A stretch of 64,000 nucleotides of DNA from the NCBI GenBank assembly GCA_963668675.2, contig CAXXMB010000001.1, forward strand, positions 288,001 to 352,000, in the 5' to 3' direction. The stretch's first letter is position 1. Every line of letters starts with the position of its first letter. This DNA comes from an uncultured Desulfatitalea sp. GTDB lineage: Bacteria > Desulfobacterota > Desulfobacteria > Desulfobacterales > Desulfosarcinaceae. The translations under genes and the position numbers were made by a program. Shown piece by piece: positions 9,687 through 20,405 of this stretch. The notes beneath the pieces are model-generated. The model was not told where the DNA came from and ran no database searches. It worked only from the letters and a program-made list of their open reading frames with translations.

Positions 9687-10703
9687 TCAATCGTCAACCA
9701 ATACCGCTTTCAACCGTTTCAATTCGGCTTCGGCGTCGGCAACCATTTCATCAATGATCGCTTTGAGCGGCTTGATATCCTCCACCAGGCCCACGGACTG
9801 GCCGGCCATGAGCGACCCTTTGGTGATTTCTCCGTCCACCACGGCCTGCCTGAGGGCGCCCACCCAGAAGCGTTCGACCTCGTACTGGGCCTCCTCGCGG
9901 TCCATGGTGTGGTTCTCCAATTTGTAGAGCAGTTCGAGTTGCAATTTGCCGAATTCGACAGTGCCTTCGTTTTTCAAGGCGCGTACCGGTATGACCGGCA
10001 GGCGGCCGTCGAACTGGGGGGTGGCGACGGCGTCTTTGGCTTTGGCCTTTTTAAAGGTTTCCTTGAAGTTGGGATGCGCGGTACACTCTTCGGACATGAC
10101 GAAACGGGTGCCCATCTGGATGCCGGCAGCACCCATCATCAGCAGGTGAGCCATCATTCGCCCGGTGGCGATACCGCCGGCGATGAAGATCGGTACGCTG
10201 TCCACGTTGAAGAGGATCTGCTGAATCAGAACCGACAGGGCGATGGGGCCGATGTGTCCGCCGGCTTCTGAGCCTTCGAGCATCAGGGCGTCTGCTCCGC
10301 GCTCGATCAGCATCATGGCCAGGGGCGCCGTTGAGGCGAAACAGATCACTTTTGCGCCGCCCTCTTTGGCCTGTTGTATCTCCCTCTTTTTGGGAATGCC
10401 GCCCGCAAAGACGATGAACCGGCATCCCAACTCACATGCCAGATTCAGATGGTCGCGGTAGGCGGGCGCCAGTGTGATGACGTTAATGCCGAAGGGATGG
10501 GGCGTTAACTCACGGGTCTGCTTGATCTGTTTGCGAAACTCATCCACCGGCATGTTCCCGGCGGCCAGGAGTCCGAAGCCGCCCGCATTGCCGATGGCGC
10601 TGACCAGGTTGGGGTCGCTGACCCATGTCATGGCGCCACACAGGATAGGGTATTGGCTCCCCAGAAAGGAGCGGCCTTTTTCGAGAAAGCGATCGATTAA
10701 CAT
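9687..10703 (-). CDS. Nitronate monooxygenase / FabK-like FMN-dependent enoyl-ACP reductase family protein
   Basis: YPILCGAMTWVS, AGGFG, EGSEAGGHIG, AGGIATG, GIQMGTRF, GSLMAGQSVG. Confidence 0.88.
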   Translation of the reverse strand: MLIDRFLEKGRSFLGSQYPILCGAMTWVSDPNLVSAIGNAGGFGLLAAGNMPVDEFRKQIKQTRELTPHPFGINVITLAPAYRDHLNLACELGCRFIVFAGGIPKKREIQQAKEGGAKVICFASTAPLAMMLIERGADALMLEGSEAGGHIGPIALSVLIQQILFNVDSVPIFIAGGIATGRMMAHLLMMGAAGIQMGTRFVMSEECTAHPNFKETFKKAKAKDAVATPQFDGRLPVIPVRALKNEGTVEFGKLQLELLYKLENHTMDREEAQYEVERFWVGALRQAVVDGEITKGSLMAGQSVGLVEDIKPLKAIIDEMVADAEAELKRLKAVLVDD

Positions 10704-10870
10704 CTGATTCGGGCCTCCTATACCGTTTTTAAGGTAAGACAGGCAGGCTTCTTTGCGGAGCGCTCTTGAGACTGCCCGAAGTATGCTTTAATAGTAGTGC
10801 AGTTTTACGTTCGGCGTCGAATGGGCTCAAACCGGCCGAGCTGATATGAAGAGATAATGGATATTGTGCG

Positions 10871-11098
10871 ATGAACGCGATGACAAGCATCATTGAAAAT
10901 GTTTTGGTAATGGTCCTGACCATCGTGACCCTGGTGGGCGGTTTCTATCTGCTGCTTTTGGTCCTCAATGCGTGGCTGAAGATCAAATCCGGGTCACGAG
11001 AACATGAGGGCCTCTCCAATCTATGGGCGTCAGCGATGAAAGAGACCAAAAAGAGCTCCGACGATGCAGAGGGCCCGCCAAACGATAGGCGACTATAG
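10871..11098 (+). CDS. Small hypothetical single-pass membrane protein
   Basis: 75-aa ORF with one hydrophobic helix filling the intergenic gap; no clear SD. Confidence 0.45.
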   Translation: MNAMTSIIENVLVMVLTIVTLVGGFYLLLLVLNAWLKIKSGSREHEGLSNLWASAMKETKKSSDDAEGPPNDRRL

Positions 11099-11285
11099 GC
11101 ATCGCCGATACGATGTCAATTTTTGCGGTCGACACAATGTTGTGACAATGCTGCCACCGGCTAAGTGATTTCGTATTTCGGGCGCTGCAACGCCTTGACA
11201 TCGATATACAACTGGCTTAGATAGCATGCGCCGGTTAGAACCGATATACCGGGAAAGTGTGATTTCCCCATTGCCGGAGAGGATC

Positions 11286-11864
11286 ATGAGCCCTATGTTG
11301 CGCCGTGGTTCAGCCCTGACACGCGTCGTGTTCGGTACCGCACTATCGATTACCCTGCTGACCGGATGGTGGACCGTCAGCCACACATCAGCGGCCAATC
11401 CGCTGGTTGAGCCGCTGCCCGGTCAAGCCAGTCGCTCGTCTGTCAAATCGGCGGTGCATCTCTATTTCGGTGATGCCCAGGGGCGCTATCTGGTTGCAGA
11501 GCAGCGCATCGTTGATAAACCTGTGGGTGGGGCAGCCTTTGCTGCGCAATTGATAGGGGATTTGATCGGGGGGCCCACCCAGGGGGCGACCCGGACGCTG
11601 CCAGTCGAGGCCAGGCTGGATGCTATCTATGTCACCGCGGCCGGTGTCGCCTATGTCGATTTTGCGGCAAATTCGTTTTTCAGTCACCCTGGCGGGATTG
11701 GGGCTGAATTGTTGTCCATTTACTCCATCGTCAACACACTGGTGCTCAATGTGGATGGGATACGATCTGTTAAATTCTTGATCGGCGGGAGGGAGGCGGC
11801 CACCTTGGCGGGCCATGCAGACTTGCAAGCCCCCTTCGAGGTCGACATGCTGTGGGTGCGATGA
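11286..11864 (+). CDS. GerMN domain-containing exported protein
   Basis: N-terminal hydrophobic segment, VHLYFGD...[41 protein letters not shown]. Start chosen at the ATG with a GGAGAGG SD. Confidence 0.85.
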   Translation: MSPMLRRGSALTRVVFGTALSITLLTGWWTVSHTSAANPLVEPLPGQASRSSVKSAVHLYFGDAQGRYLVAEQRIVDKPVGGAAFAAQLIGDLIGGPTQGATRTLPVEARLDAIYVTAAGVAYVDFAANSFFSHPGGIGAELLSIYSIVNTLVLNVDGIRSVKFLIGGREAATLAGHADLQAPFEVDMLWVR

Positions 11865-13894
11865 CCAAATCAATTAAAATACAAGATTATCGAAATATCG
11901 GCATTATTGCGCACATCGATGCCGGCAAGACGACCGTCACTGAACGAATTCTATACTATACGGGTCGTTCGCATAAATTGGGAGAGGTTCACGATGGCGA
12001 GGCGGTGATGGATTGGATGCCCGATGAGCAGGAGCGCGGCATCACCATCACATCGGCGGTGACCACCTGCCCGTGGATGGGAAAAGATATTCATATCATC
12101 GACACACCGGGGCATGTCGATTTCACCATCGAGGTCGAACGGTCGCTGCGCGTGCTGGACGGGGCGGTCGGCGTTTTTTGTGCTGTCGGGGGCGTCGAGC
12201 CCCAATCGGAGACCGTTTGGCGGCAGGCGGACAAATACCGGGTTCCCAAACTGGCTTTCGTCAACAAACTGGACCGCATCGGCGCCGATTTTTTCAATAC
12301 CGTCGAGATGATGAAGACACGCCTCGGTGCCAATCCGCTGGTAATTCAGTTGCCTTATGGGACGGAAGACAAACTGGTGGGCATCATCGACCTGATTCGA
12401 ATGAAGGCGGTGGTGTGGGACGACGACACTCTGGGGGCCACCTTGCGGGATGAGGAGATTCCCGAAGATCAGATGCCCGAGGCCCTTCAATATCGCGAAG
12501 CCCTTCTGGAGACGGTTGCCGAGGTGGATGACGATATTATGGAGTCATACCTGGCCGAGGCGCCCATCGACAACGGTGTCTTGGTGGCTGCCATACGCAA
12601 AGCCACTATTGCGCTTAAGCTGGTGCCGGTGCTGTGTGGCAGCGCCCTGAAGAACAAGGGGATTCAACCGCTTCTGGATGCCATTGTGGCCTATCTGCCG
12701 AGCCCGGTCGATCTTCCCCCCATGCAAGGGGTTCACCCCGACACCGGAGAGGTCATCGCCTGCCCGCCCGAAGAGAACAAACCCCTGGCGGCCCTTATTT
12801 TTAAAGTGGCCATGATGGAGGGGCGCAAGATGAGCTTTGCGCGGGTTTACAGTGGGCGTCTGGAGGCCGGAAAAGAGGTCTACAACCCTTTCCGCAAGAA
12901 GAAGGAGAAGTTGTCCAGGTTGCTTCGCATGCATGCCAACAAGAGGGAAAGGCTCGACGTGGCTGGCGCCGGAAGCATTGTCGGCGTCGTGGGACTCAAG
13001 GACTCTTCCACAGGTGAAACCCTTTGCAGCCCCGACAAACCGGTCCTGCTTGAAAATATCGATATCTATGAGCCGGTGATCTCCATGGCAGTGGAACCAA
13101 AAACCCACTCCGATCTGGAGAAGCTCAAAGAGGTGCTTGTCAAGTTCACAGATGAGGATCCGACCCTGCAGGTGAATGAGGACCAGGAGACCGGCCAGAT
13201 GATTCTTTCCGGTATGGGGGAGCTGCATCTGGAGGTGATCATCAGCCGCATGCAAAGAGAGTTCAATACCAATGTCAACGTTGGCAAGCCCCAGGTTGTC
13301 TACCGTGAAAGCATTTCGGACTCGGCTGAGGGTGCCTCTGTGTTTGACAAGGAGGTGTCCGGCCAGCGGCATTACGGCGAGGTGCGCCTCAAGCTCTCTC
13401 CTCTGGAAAGGGGGGCTGGGAATCGTTTTGTCAACAAGATAGACGAAAGGGTTATCCCCATCGACTATTTCCCGGCCATCGAACAGGGTGTCATGGAGAG
13501 CTTGGAGAGTGGTACGGTAATGGGCTATCCGGTTGTGGATGTCGAGGTGCGGTTGGTGGGCGGTACCTACAAGGAGAGCCAGGGGTCTGAGTTGGCTTAC
13601 AAGGTGAGCGCGGCAATGGCCTGCAAAGAGGCTTTGGCAGCAGGTAACGGGTATCTGCTGGATCCCTTCATGAGGGTGGAGGTATTTGTGCCCGAAGAGT
13701 TCATGGGGGATGTGATCGGCGATCTGAGCGCACGTTCAGGGAAGGTCGAATCGATCGAGCCCAAAGTGGGGGTACAAGAGATCCGGGCAACGGTACCACT
13801 GGCGAGAATGTTCGGCTACTCGACCGTCCTGCGGTCAGCCACTCAAGGGCGCGGCACCTTCAGTATGCACTTTTCACACTTTGACAAAGCGTAA
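11861..13894 (+). CDS. fusA: Elongation factor G paralog located outside the str operon
   Basis: [54 protein letters not shown] overlap with the GerMN gene. Confidence 0.96.
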   Translation: MTKSIKIQDYRNIGIIAHIDAGKTTVTERILYYTGRSHKLGEVHDGEAVMDWMPDEQERGITITSAVTTCPWMGKDIHIIDTPGHVDFTIEVERSLRVLDGAVGVFCAVGGVEPQSETVWRQADKYRVPKLAFVNKLDRIGADFFNTVEMMKTRLGANPLVIQLPYGTEDKLVGIIDLIRMKAVVWDDDTLGATLRDEEIPEDQMPEALQYREALLETVAEVDDDIMESYLAEAPIDNGVLVAAIRKATIALKLVPVLCGSALKNKGIQPLLDAIVAYLPSPVDLPPMQGVHPDTGEVIACPPEENKPLAALIFKVAMMEGRKMSFARVYSGRLEAGKEVYNPFRKKKEKLSRLLRMHANKRERLDVAGAGSIVGVVGLKDSSTGETLCSPDKPVLLENIDIYEPVISMAVEPKTHSDLEKLKEVLVKFTDEDPTLQVNEDQETGQMILSGMGELHLEVIISRMQREFNTNVNVGKPQVVYRESISDSAEGASVFDKEVSGQRHYGEVRLKLSPLERGAGNRFVNKIDERVIPIDYFPAIEQGVMESLESGTVMGYPVVDVEVRLVGGTYKESQGSELAYKVSAAMACKEALAAGNGYLLDPFMRVEVFVPEEFMGDVIGDLSARSGKVESIEPKVGVQEIRATVPLARMFGYSTVLRSATQGRGTFSMHFSHFDKA

Positions 13895-13964
13895 TTTTTT
13901 CAAATTCGGCTTTGATGGGGTTAAGACGACCACCCGTTTCCTTTAAATTGGCTTGTGCAGGAAC

Positions 13965-15398
13965 CTATTCGGTCTGCTCCTTCGGCGGCAACTTGCCAAT
14001 GCTTTTGAGTGCCTGGTTGATCTCTTCGAGCTTTTTGGGGTCTTTCAAGCCCTTTTGGGCGCGCATGAGGTGATAGTAGGCGGTGCGGTCATCACCCTTT
14101 TTGAAATGGTAGAGGCCGAGAAAGAAGTGGGCCTCAGGAATGCGCCCCAGTTTTCCATATGCCTCTCCGATTGCGAGATAGGCCTTTGTGAACGCGTGGT
14201 GCCCCTCGATCAGGCTTTCAAGCGTATCGGCGGCCGATTCAAACTCTTCCAACTCCATGTAAGTGCGCCCCAGGTAGTATAACCCTTCGGCGTTCGCCCC
14301 GGGCAGCGATGCGGCCCCCTGCAGTATCTTCAAGGCCTCCTTCATGTTGCCGTCCAGGAAGTAGACGCGTCCCAGATCACTCAACACCGAAGGGTCCAGT
14401 GCGTCCCGGGTCAGTGCATCCTGCAGGTAGCCAATGGCCTCTTTGCGATTTCCGAGGCGCGCCAGCAGCAGGCCGTAACCGTGGGTCAGGTCGGGGTCGG
14501 CCGGATTCTTCTTCAGGCCTGTCTCGAAGAACCGGGCAGCGTCTTTGGGGTCTGCGTAGAGCGCACGCAAGCGGTTCTGTATGCGGACGAATGGCTTCGA
14601 CGGATTTTCGGTTTTAAGGTGCTTCCGGTCCGAATCGGTTTTGGAGCCCAGCCAGGCGTCGATGTATGCGATGCGCTCCTCCACCGCCGGATGGGTCATC
14701 ATATAGGTAGGGATCTGATTGGTGCCGAACCACTGGCGGCTGCGGATTTTTTTAAGGATGACCAGCAGCCCTTCGGCTGAGTAGCCGGCCTGCTCTATAT
14801 AGTCCAGCCCGAACTGGTCGGCCTGCCTCTCATCGTCCCTGCTGTATGCCAGTTGCAGCGTTTGGCTGGCTGCCATCGATCCGAGGGTCAGCGCCTGGGC
14901 CGCTTCGGCAGAGCCGCCCGCCACCCCAAGAAAGACGCCGGCCACCACTCCGGCCATGGTGGCCAGATCGATCTTTTTGGATCGGTCGATGCGTTGGGAG
15001 ATGTGGCGGCACACCACATGGGAGATCTCGTGCGCCAATATGCCTGCCAACTCATCTTCATCCGCCATGGCCAGCAGTAGGCCGCTGTTGACGAAGATAT
15101 ATCCCGCCGGTATCGCAAAGGCGTTGTAGACGTTCTCCTTGATGACGAAGAAGCGATAATCGAATGGCTGCGATGGGATTTGCGACAGAATCTTTTGTCC
15201 TGTCTCATTGATATAGGATATAATCAGAGGATCATCGATAATCTCGTAGTAGCGGTTGACATAGCGCATGAACTCCTCGCGCAGCTCCTTCTCCTCTTTG
15301 ATCGAGATGGCCGGGGAGGGTGTGCACCATACCAGCACCAATAAGAGGGCGAGCACGATGCGGGCGGGCTTTGAAGACATTTTGGAGACAATTGACAT
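13965..15398 (-). CDS. M48 metallopeptidase with C-terminal TPRs (BepA/YfgC-like)
   Basis: Signal peptide, NAFAIPAG, AHEISH (HExxH), YSRDDERQAD, THP, TPR-like C-terminus. Start uncertain. Confidence 0.9.
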   Translation of the reverse strand: MSIVSKMSSKPARIVLALLLVLVWCTPSPAISIKEEKELREEFMRYVNRYYEIIDDPLIISYINETGQKILSQIPSQPFDYRFFVIKENVYNAFAIPAGYIFVNSGLLLAMADEDELAGILAHEISHVVCRHISQRIDRSKKIDLATMAGVVAGVFLGVAGGSAEAAQALTLGSMAASQTLQLAYSRDDERQADQFGLDYIEQAGYSAEGLLVILKKIRSRQWFGTNQIPTYMMTHPAVEERIAYIDAWLGSKTDSDRKHLKTENPSKPFVRIQNRLRALYADPKDAARFFETGLKKNPADPDLTHGYGLLLARLGNRKEAIGYLQDALTRDALDPSVLSDLGRVYFLDGNMKEALKILQGAASLPGANAEGLYYLGRTYMELEEFESAADTLESLIEGHHAFTKAYLAIGEAYGKLGRIPEAHFFLGLYHFKKGDDRTAYYHLMRAQKGLKDPKKLEEINQALKSIGKLPPKEQTE

Positions 15399-15489
15399 GT
15401 TTGTAACTAGTTCACTTTTCAAATAAAGGTCATCATGTCACATTCTTGACTGCTTTTCAAATCACATCTTTTATGGTAGTGTCCCGCCG

Positions 15490-16260
15490 ATGGCACAAAT
15501 AATATGCATAGCCAACCAGAAGGGTGGTGTGGGTAAGACCACAACAGCGGTCAACCTGTCCGCCGCACTGGCCATTTTCGAAAAGCGGACCTTGCTGGTC
15601 GATTGCGATCCACAAGCCAATGCGACCACTGGCATCGGGCTCGACAAGAGCCAACTGGGCCAAACCCTCTACCATGGCATGATCGGCGCATGCGGTGCCG
15701 GTGAGTTGATCGTCGACTCGCAGGTAGATGCGCTCAAAGTGTTGCCATCCCGGGTCGAGCTGATCGGTTTTGACGTGGAGATGATGTCCGAATTAAACCG
15801 GGAGACCGCTCTCAAACGATTGTTGGCACCGGTCCAATCTGATTTCGACTACATTATTGTCGACTGTCCTCCATCGCTGAGCCTGTTGACGGTCAATGCC
15901 ATGACAGCGGCAGATGCGCTTTTGATACCGTTGCAGTGCGAATTTTATGCGCTTGAAGGGTTGAGCCAACTGATTCAGACGTTTCAGCGCATCCGACGCA
16001 GTTTAAATCCCTACTTGAAAATTTCCGGTATCCTGCTGACCATGTTTGATAAACGGACGAATTTGTCTCACCAGGTGGCCGAAGATGCGGAGGCCCATTT
16101 CAAGGCGCTGGTGTATAAGACCATCATTCCACGCAATGTGCGGTTGGGTGAGTCTCCAAGTTTTGGCAAACCCATTCTCCTATATGATGCGGCCTCGGTC
16201 GGATCACAGAGCTACTTTTCGTTGGCCCGGGAGATCATGACGAGGCCCCTCGCCAATTAG
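15490..16260 (+). CDS. parA: Chromosome partitioning ATPase ParA/Soj
   Basis: ANQKGGVGKTT, DCDPQANAT, DCPPSL, QCEFYALEGL, IPRNVRLGESPSFG; directly upstream of parB. Confidence 0.96.
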   Translation: MAQIICIANQKGGVGKTTTAVNLSAALAIFEKRTLLVDCDPQANATTGIGLDKSQLGQTLYHGMIGACGAGELIVDSQVDALKVLPSRVELIGFDVEMMSELNRETALKRLLAPVQSDFDYIIVDCPPSLSLLTVNAMTAADALLIPLQCEFYALEGLSQLIQTFQRIRRSLNPYLKISGILLTMFDKRTNLSHQVAEDAEAHFKALVYKTIIPRNVRLGESPSFGKPILLYDAASVGSQSYFSLAREIMTRPLAN

Positions 16261-16354
16261 CGGCGATTTTGAATGCGACCGGATCACGGGATCGGAAATC
16301 GGTTTTCGGTCAGGCCGATCTGGCTTGCTTTAGTGGTTTAAACGAGGAAGAAAA

Positions 16355-17266
16355 ATGGCAAGTACAGGGAGTACGGGCGGTTCAGGGTCGAAGAAGAGGA
16401 AGAAGATGGCGCTGGGCAGAGGCCTGGACGCATTGATACCTGGCGGGGAACCGGTTTTTGAGGCCCGGACCGGCGGGGATCAGCAGGGCTACCTCGATTG
16501 TGAGATCGAGATCATTCAGCCCAACCGCTACCAACCACGATCACGCTTCGCAGCCGACGAGCTGGCCCAACTGAGTACGTCCATCCGGGAGCAGGGGGTG
16601 CTGCAGCCCCTGCTGGTGCGCCCCATCGATGCAGGATACGAGCTGGTGGCCGGTGAAAGACGGCTTCGTGCAGCCAAAATGGCCGGATTGACCAGGGTGC
16701 CGGTGGTGGTCAAGACGGTAACGGATGCAGAAATGCTGGAGATGTCCATCGTCGAGAATATCCAGCGTGAAAACCTCAATCCCATGGAAGAGGCCGATGC
16801 CTACCATCGGCTCATCTCCGACTTCGGGCTCACCCAGGAGAAGGCCGCCACCCGGGTGGGCAAGAGCCGTTCGGCCGTGGCCAATTTTTTGCGTCTACGC
16901 CAGCTTCCGGAGCCGATCAAGGCGAGCATCACCGAGGGGCAGTTGAGCATGGGGCATGCGCGTGCGCTCCTCGGGGCCGAAACCCCGACCCAACAAAATG
17001 CTGCCTGGAGAGCGATCCTGCGCAAAGGGTTGTCAGTGCGGCAGACCGAGGAGTTGGTCAAACGGCTGCGAAGTGCTTCGGAGACGATTGAGCGGAAAAA
17101 GAGCACCTCGGAAGACCGACATCTCAACTCAGTTGCCGAATCGCTGGCGCAACGGTTCGGTACCAAAGTGCAGATCAAACGCCGCGGGAAAAAGGGGCGG
17201 TTGGAGATCGAGTTTTACAGCACCGAAGATTTGAATCGGCTTTTGGAGATTTTTCAGGCGCTCTGA
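16355..17266 (+). CDS. parB: Chromosome partitioning protein ParB/Spo0J
   Basis: LGRGLDALI, PNRYQPR, GERRLRAA, ENIQRENLNP, HTH VGKSRSAVAN. Confidence 0.96.
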   Translation: MASTGSTGGSGSKKRKKMALGRGLDALIPGGEPVFEARTGGDQQGYLDCEIEIIQPNRYQPRSRFAADELAQLSTSIREQGVLQPLLVRPIDAGYELVAGERRLRAAKMAGLTRVPVVVKTVTDAEMLEMSIVENIQRENLNPMEEADAYHRLISDFGLTQEKAATRVGKSRSAVANFLRLRQLPEPIKASITEGQLSMGHARALLGAETPTQQNAAWRAILRKGLSVRQTEELVKRLRSASETIERKKSTSEDRHLNSVAESLAQRFGTKVQIKRRGKKGRLEIEFYSTEDLNRLLEIFQAL

Positions 17267-17372
17267 TCGTCCACCTTCAGACAGGCCGCTTTCCTCGATA
17301 CTGGGTCGCCTGCCCATGGCGCAGTGAAAGGGGTGTGCCGGGCGGCCCTCGCCACTTGAACATTCAATTCCT

Positions 17373-17891
17373 ATGCATATCGTAATCGACGGATACAACC
17401 TGATTCGCCAATCCAGGCGCTTGAGTGCCATCGAAGAGGTCGATCTGCAGGCCGGACGTGAAGCGTTGGTGAACGCGCTGGCTGCCTACAGGCGGCTGAA
17501 ACCGTTTCGGGTCACCGTCGTTTTTGACGGGGGCGACGCTATCTCCGGGCTGCCCAGGCGCGACCGCTCCAAAGGTATTCGTCTGCGATATTCCGCTGCC
17601 GGGGAGTTGGCCGATGATGTAATCAAACGCATCATTGCAAGGGAAAAGGGAGGCGCCTTGGTGGTCAGTTCGGATATGGAAATTGTCAGCTTCGCCGAAG
17701 CGAAGGGGGCGGCGACGATCAGTTCGGTGGAATTTGACGAACGCCTGGAAATGGCGCAATATACGGATCTGAAAGGGACCGATGACAATGGTCCCGATAC
17801 AGGTTGGCAGGCGACAACCAAAAAAAAAGGGCCATCCCGGCGCCTGCCCAAACGAAAGCGCAGGATGAACAAGGTTATCGCCAAGCTTTAG
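17373..17891 (+). CDS. NYN domain (YacP/Rae1-like) ribonuclease
   Basis: IDGYNLI, VVFDG, ADDVI, VVSSD acidic PIN/NYN motifs; basic C-terminus. Confidence 0.85.
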   Translation: MHIVIDGYNLIRQSRRLSAIEEVDLQAGREALVNALAAYRRLKPFRVTVVFDGGDAISGLPRRDRSKGIRLRYSAAGELADDVIKRIIAREKGGALVVSSDMEIVSFAEAKGAATISSVEFDERLEMAQYTDLKGTDDNGPDTGWQATTKKKGPSRRLPKRKRRMNKVIAKL

Positions 17892-17988
17892 AGCACGGGC
17901 GTTGAACCGAAAAATGGCATCTGTTATCCGGATTCGGGAGTAAGCCTGGCATGAAACGGATAGACCTGGTTGTTGCGGAGGTTGACAG

Positions 17989-18423
17989 TTGAGCGAAAAG
18001 CGAAAAACCATATGCATTGTCGACGGCCAGGGGGGCGGCATCGGGAGCTTCATCATCAAACGGCTCAAAGAGATCTATGGTGAATCGGTGGAGATCGTCG
18101 CCTTGGGAACCAATGCCATCGCCACTTCTCAAATGCTGAAAGCCAAAGCCAACCGTGGCGCATCGGGTGAAAATGCCATTGTTCAGACCGTGCCCAAAGC
18201 CGACGTTATCATCGGTGCCATGGGGGTTGTCCTTGCCAATGCCATGATGGGCGAGGTGACGCCGAAGATGGCCGCTGCCATTGCAACATCCCCGGCGCCA
18301 AAGTTGATTTTGCCTCTTTCCCAGGAGAACATAGATGTGGTGGGTGCATCCTCAATGCCGTTGCCCCATCTGGTGGATGAGCTGATTGATCGGCATTTAA
18401 AACAATTAATCGATATCGCTTAA
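17989..18423 (+). CDS. DUF3842 family protein
   Basis: IVDGQGGGIG, ALGTNAIAT..MLKA.A..GASGENA, MGEVTP; GGAGG SD before TTG. Confidence 0.8.
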   Translation: MSEKRKTICIVDGQGGGIGSFIIKRLKEIYGESVEIVALGTNAIATSQMLKAKANRGASGENAIVQTVPKADVIIGAMGVVLANAMMGEVTPKMAAAIATSPAPKLILPLSQENIDVVGASSMPLPHLVDELIDRHLKQLIDIA

Positions 18424-18446
18424 CAAATAGCGGTGAGGTCAAAACA

Positions 18447-18632
18447 ATGTGTGAAGCCAATGCTTATTTACTTGAAGGTGACTCAGAACAGTTGATCATG
18501 GAGTCGGTGGATAAAGTGGAGCCCGAAGAGGAGGGGCTGCGTCTTGTCAATATTTTCGGTGAGCAGAAATTCATCAAAGCCGAAATTCATGCTCTCTCCC
18601 TGGTAGATCACAGGATCCTACTGAAGTCTTGA
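18447..18632 (+). CDS. cooT: CooT family nickel-binding protein
   Basis: MCEANAY (Cys2), IFGEQK, LVDHRI; 61 aa. Confidence 0.85.
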   Translation: MCEANAYLLEGDSEQLIMESVDKVEPEEEGLRLVNIFGEQKFIKAEIHALSLVDHRILLKS

Positions 18633-18659
18633 CCCTGCCGGGGGCTTTGTTTCTATCCG

Positions 18660-20390
18660 ATGAAAATCGTCATCTCTAAAACAGCCGGTTTCTGTATGGG
18701 GGTTCGCCGGGCCGTCGATCTGGCCCTGGACGCTCCGTCCAGGCAGCCGCCGCCCATCTGCACTTACGGCCCCTTGATTCACAACCCCCAGGTGCTGGAG
18801 CTCTTCGCCGAACGCGGGGTGTCCATCTTGAAGCAGATCCCCGAAGTGGGAGCCGGTACTGTGCTGGTGCGTGCGCATGGGGTACCGCCCGAGACCAAAC
18901 AGCAGCTTAAGAGGGCCGGGTTCAGTGTCATCGACGCGACCTGCCCCAGGGTGGTCAAGGTCCAATCGATCATCAAGCGCCATGCCCGCAAAGGCTATGC
19001 CGTCATTATCGTTGGAGACCAGGATCATCCCGAGGTCATCAGCCTGCAGGGATTTGCCGGATCGTTGGCCCATGTGGTCGGGTCGTTCGAAGCACTCAAG
19101 GCGCTGCCCGACTTTCCCCAGGCCATTGTCGTCGCCCAGACCACCCAGAACCAGAATGTCTATCAACAGGTAAAGGCATGGGTAGCTGCAAACCATCCCC
19201 ACTACAAGGTTTTCGATACCATCTGCGACTCCACCGAAAAACGCCAGGAAGAGGTGCGACAGCTTGCCAGCGAGGTGGATGCCGTGGTCGTGGTCGGTGG
19301 CAAAAACAGCGGCAATACCAGGCGATTGGCGGAGATCGTAAGCCACACGGGCAAACCGGTTTACCATGTGGAGACCGATGCGGAGCTGGACTTTGATGCT
19401 TTGTCCGGTTTCCAGACCGTTGGCATTACTGCCGGTGCATCGACACCCACCTGGATCATCAAGCAGATCGTGGGGGCCATCGAACAGATCTCATTGAGAC
19501 GCGAAAGGGGGTGGCGATCCCTTGTTCTCAAAATACAGCGCCTGATGCTGCTGACCAACGCCTATGTCGCCATAGGCGCTGGTTGCCTCAGTTATGCCGC
19601 CACATCGTTGCAGAAGCTACCTACCTCCATTCCAGCACTGCTCATGGCGATGTTCTATGTGATGTCGATGCATACGCTCAACCATCTGACCGGCAGGGCC
19701 GAAGACCTTTACAACGAGCCGGACAGGGAGAGGTTTTATACCCAACACAAGCGGCTGCTCACCTTGACGGCGATCGGCGCCGGCGCCATCGGATTGGTCG
19801 CTGCCTATCAAATGGGGCAGGTCCCCTTCTGGACATTGCTGGCCATGAGCCTGCTCGGGCTCAGTTATAACCTGCGGCTCTTTCCGTCAGGAACCGTTGC
19901 GCCGTTGAAATATAGGCGGATCAGGGATCTGCCCGGGTCCAAAACCATCCTGATTGCGCTGGGGTGGGGTGTTGTAACGGCAGGCCTGCCAATGTTGGCG
20001 TCAACCGGTACGCAGTGGCTGAGCGGTGGGCTGGCCGTTGCCTGGGCCTTGGGGATCGCTTTTGGACGAACCGCGTTTTTCGATGTTCTGGACATGCAGG
20101 GGGATCGTATCGTCGGCAAGGAGACCATTGCTACCTTGATCGGTCCCGTACGCTCGTTGATATTGATCAAGGCCACAATTACCCTCCTCATGGCCCTGTT
20201 GCTGATTGGCGGCAGTGTCGGCGTGTTCCCGGGCCTGGCATTCCCTTTGATGCTCTGCCCGGCCCTCCTCTGGGGGATCATCGCGGCCTACGAAAAAGAG
20301 CGCCTGTTATCCGGCCTGCAACTGCAATTTATAGTGGAGAGCCTGTTTGTATTGGCCGGTATCCTCACTTTGATATGCGACATCGGGTAA
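18660..20390 (+). CDS. ispH: IspH (HMBPP reductase) fused to a C-terminal UbiA-like membrane prenyltransferase domain
   Basis: AGFCMGV, HNPQV, DATCP, TICDST, SGNT, TAGASTP. Then ~290 aa multi-TM region with DVLDMQGD...GKETI. Confidence 0.92.
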   Translation: MKIVISKTAGFCMGVRRAVDLALDAPSRQPPPICTYGPLIHNPQVLELFAERGVSILKQIPEVGAGTVLVRAHGVPPETKQQLKRAGFSVIDATCPRVVKVQSIIKRHARKGYAVIIVGDQDHPEVISLQGFAGSLAHVVGSFEALKALPDFPQAIVVAQTTQNQNVYQQVKAWVAANHPHYKVFDTICDSTEKRQEEVRQLASEVDAVVVVGGKNSGNTRRLAEIVSHTGKPVYHVETDAELDFDALSGFQTVGITAGASTPTWIIKQIVGAIEQISLRRERGWRSLVLKIQRLMLLTNAYVAIGAGCLSYAATSLQKLPTSIPALLMAMFYVMSMHTLNHLTGRAEDLYNEPDRERFYTQHKRLLTLTAIGAGAIGLVAAYQMGQVPFWTLLAMSLLGLSYNLRLFPSGTVAPLKYRRIRDLPGSKTILIALGWGVVTAGLPMLASTGTQWLSGGLAVAWALGIAFGRTAFFDVLDMQGDRIVGKETIATLIGPVRSLILIKATITLLMALLLIGGSVGVFPGLAFPLMLCPALLWGIIAAYEKERLLSGLQLQFIVESLFVLAGILTLICDIG

Positions 20391-20405
20391 AGGGGGGGAC
20401 GTTGC

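Noticed and set aside
15400..17400. parS site near parAB
   Set aside because: I found no TGTTTCACGTGAAACA-like palindrome by eye; a motif scan is needed to exclude degenerate sites.
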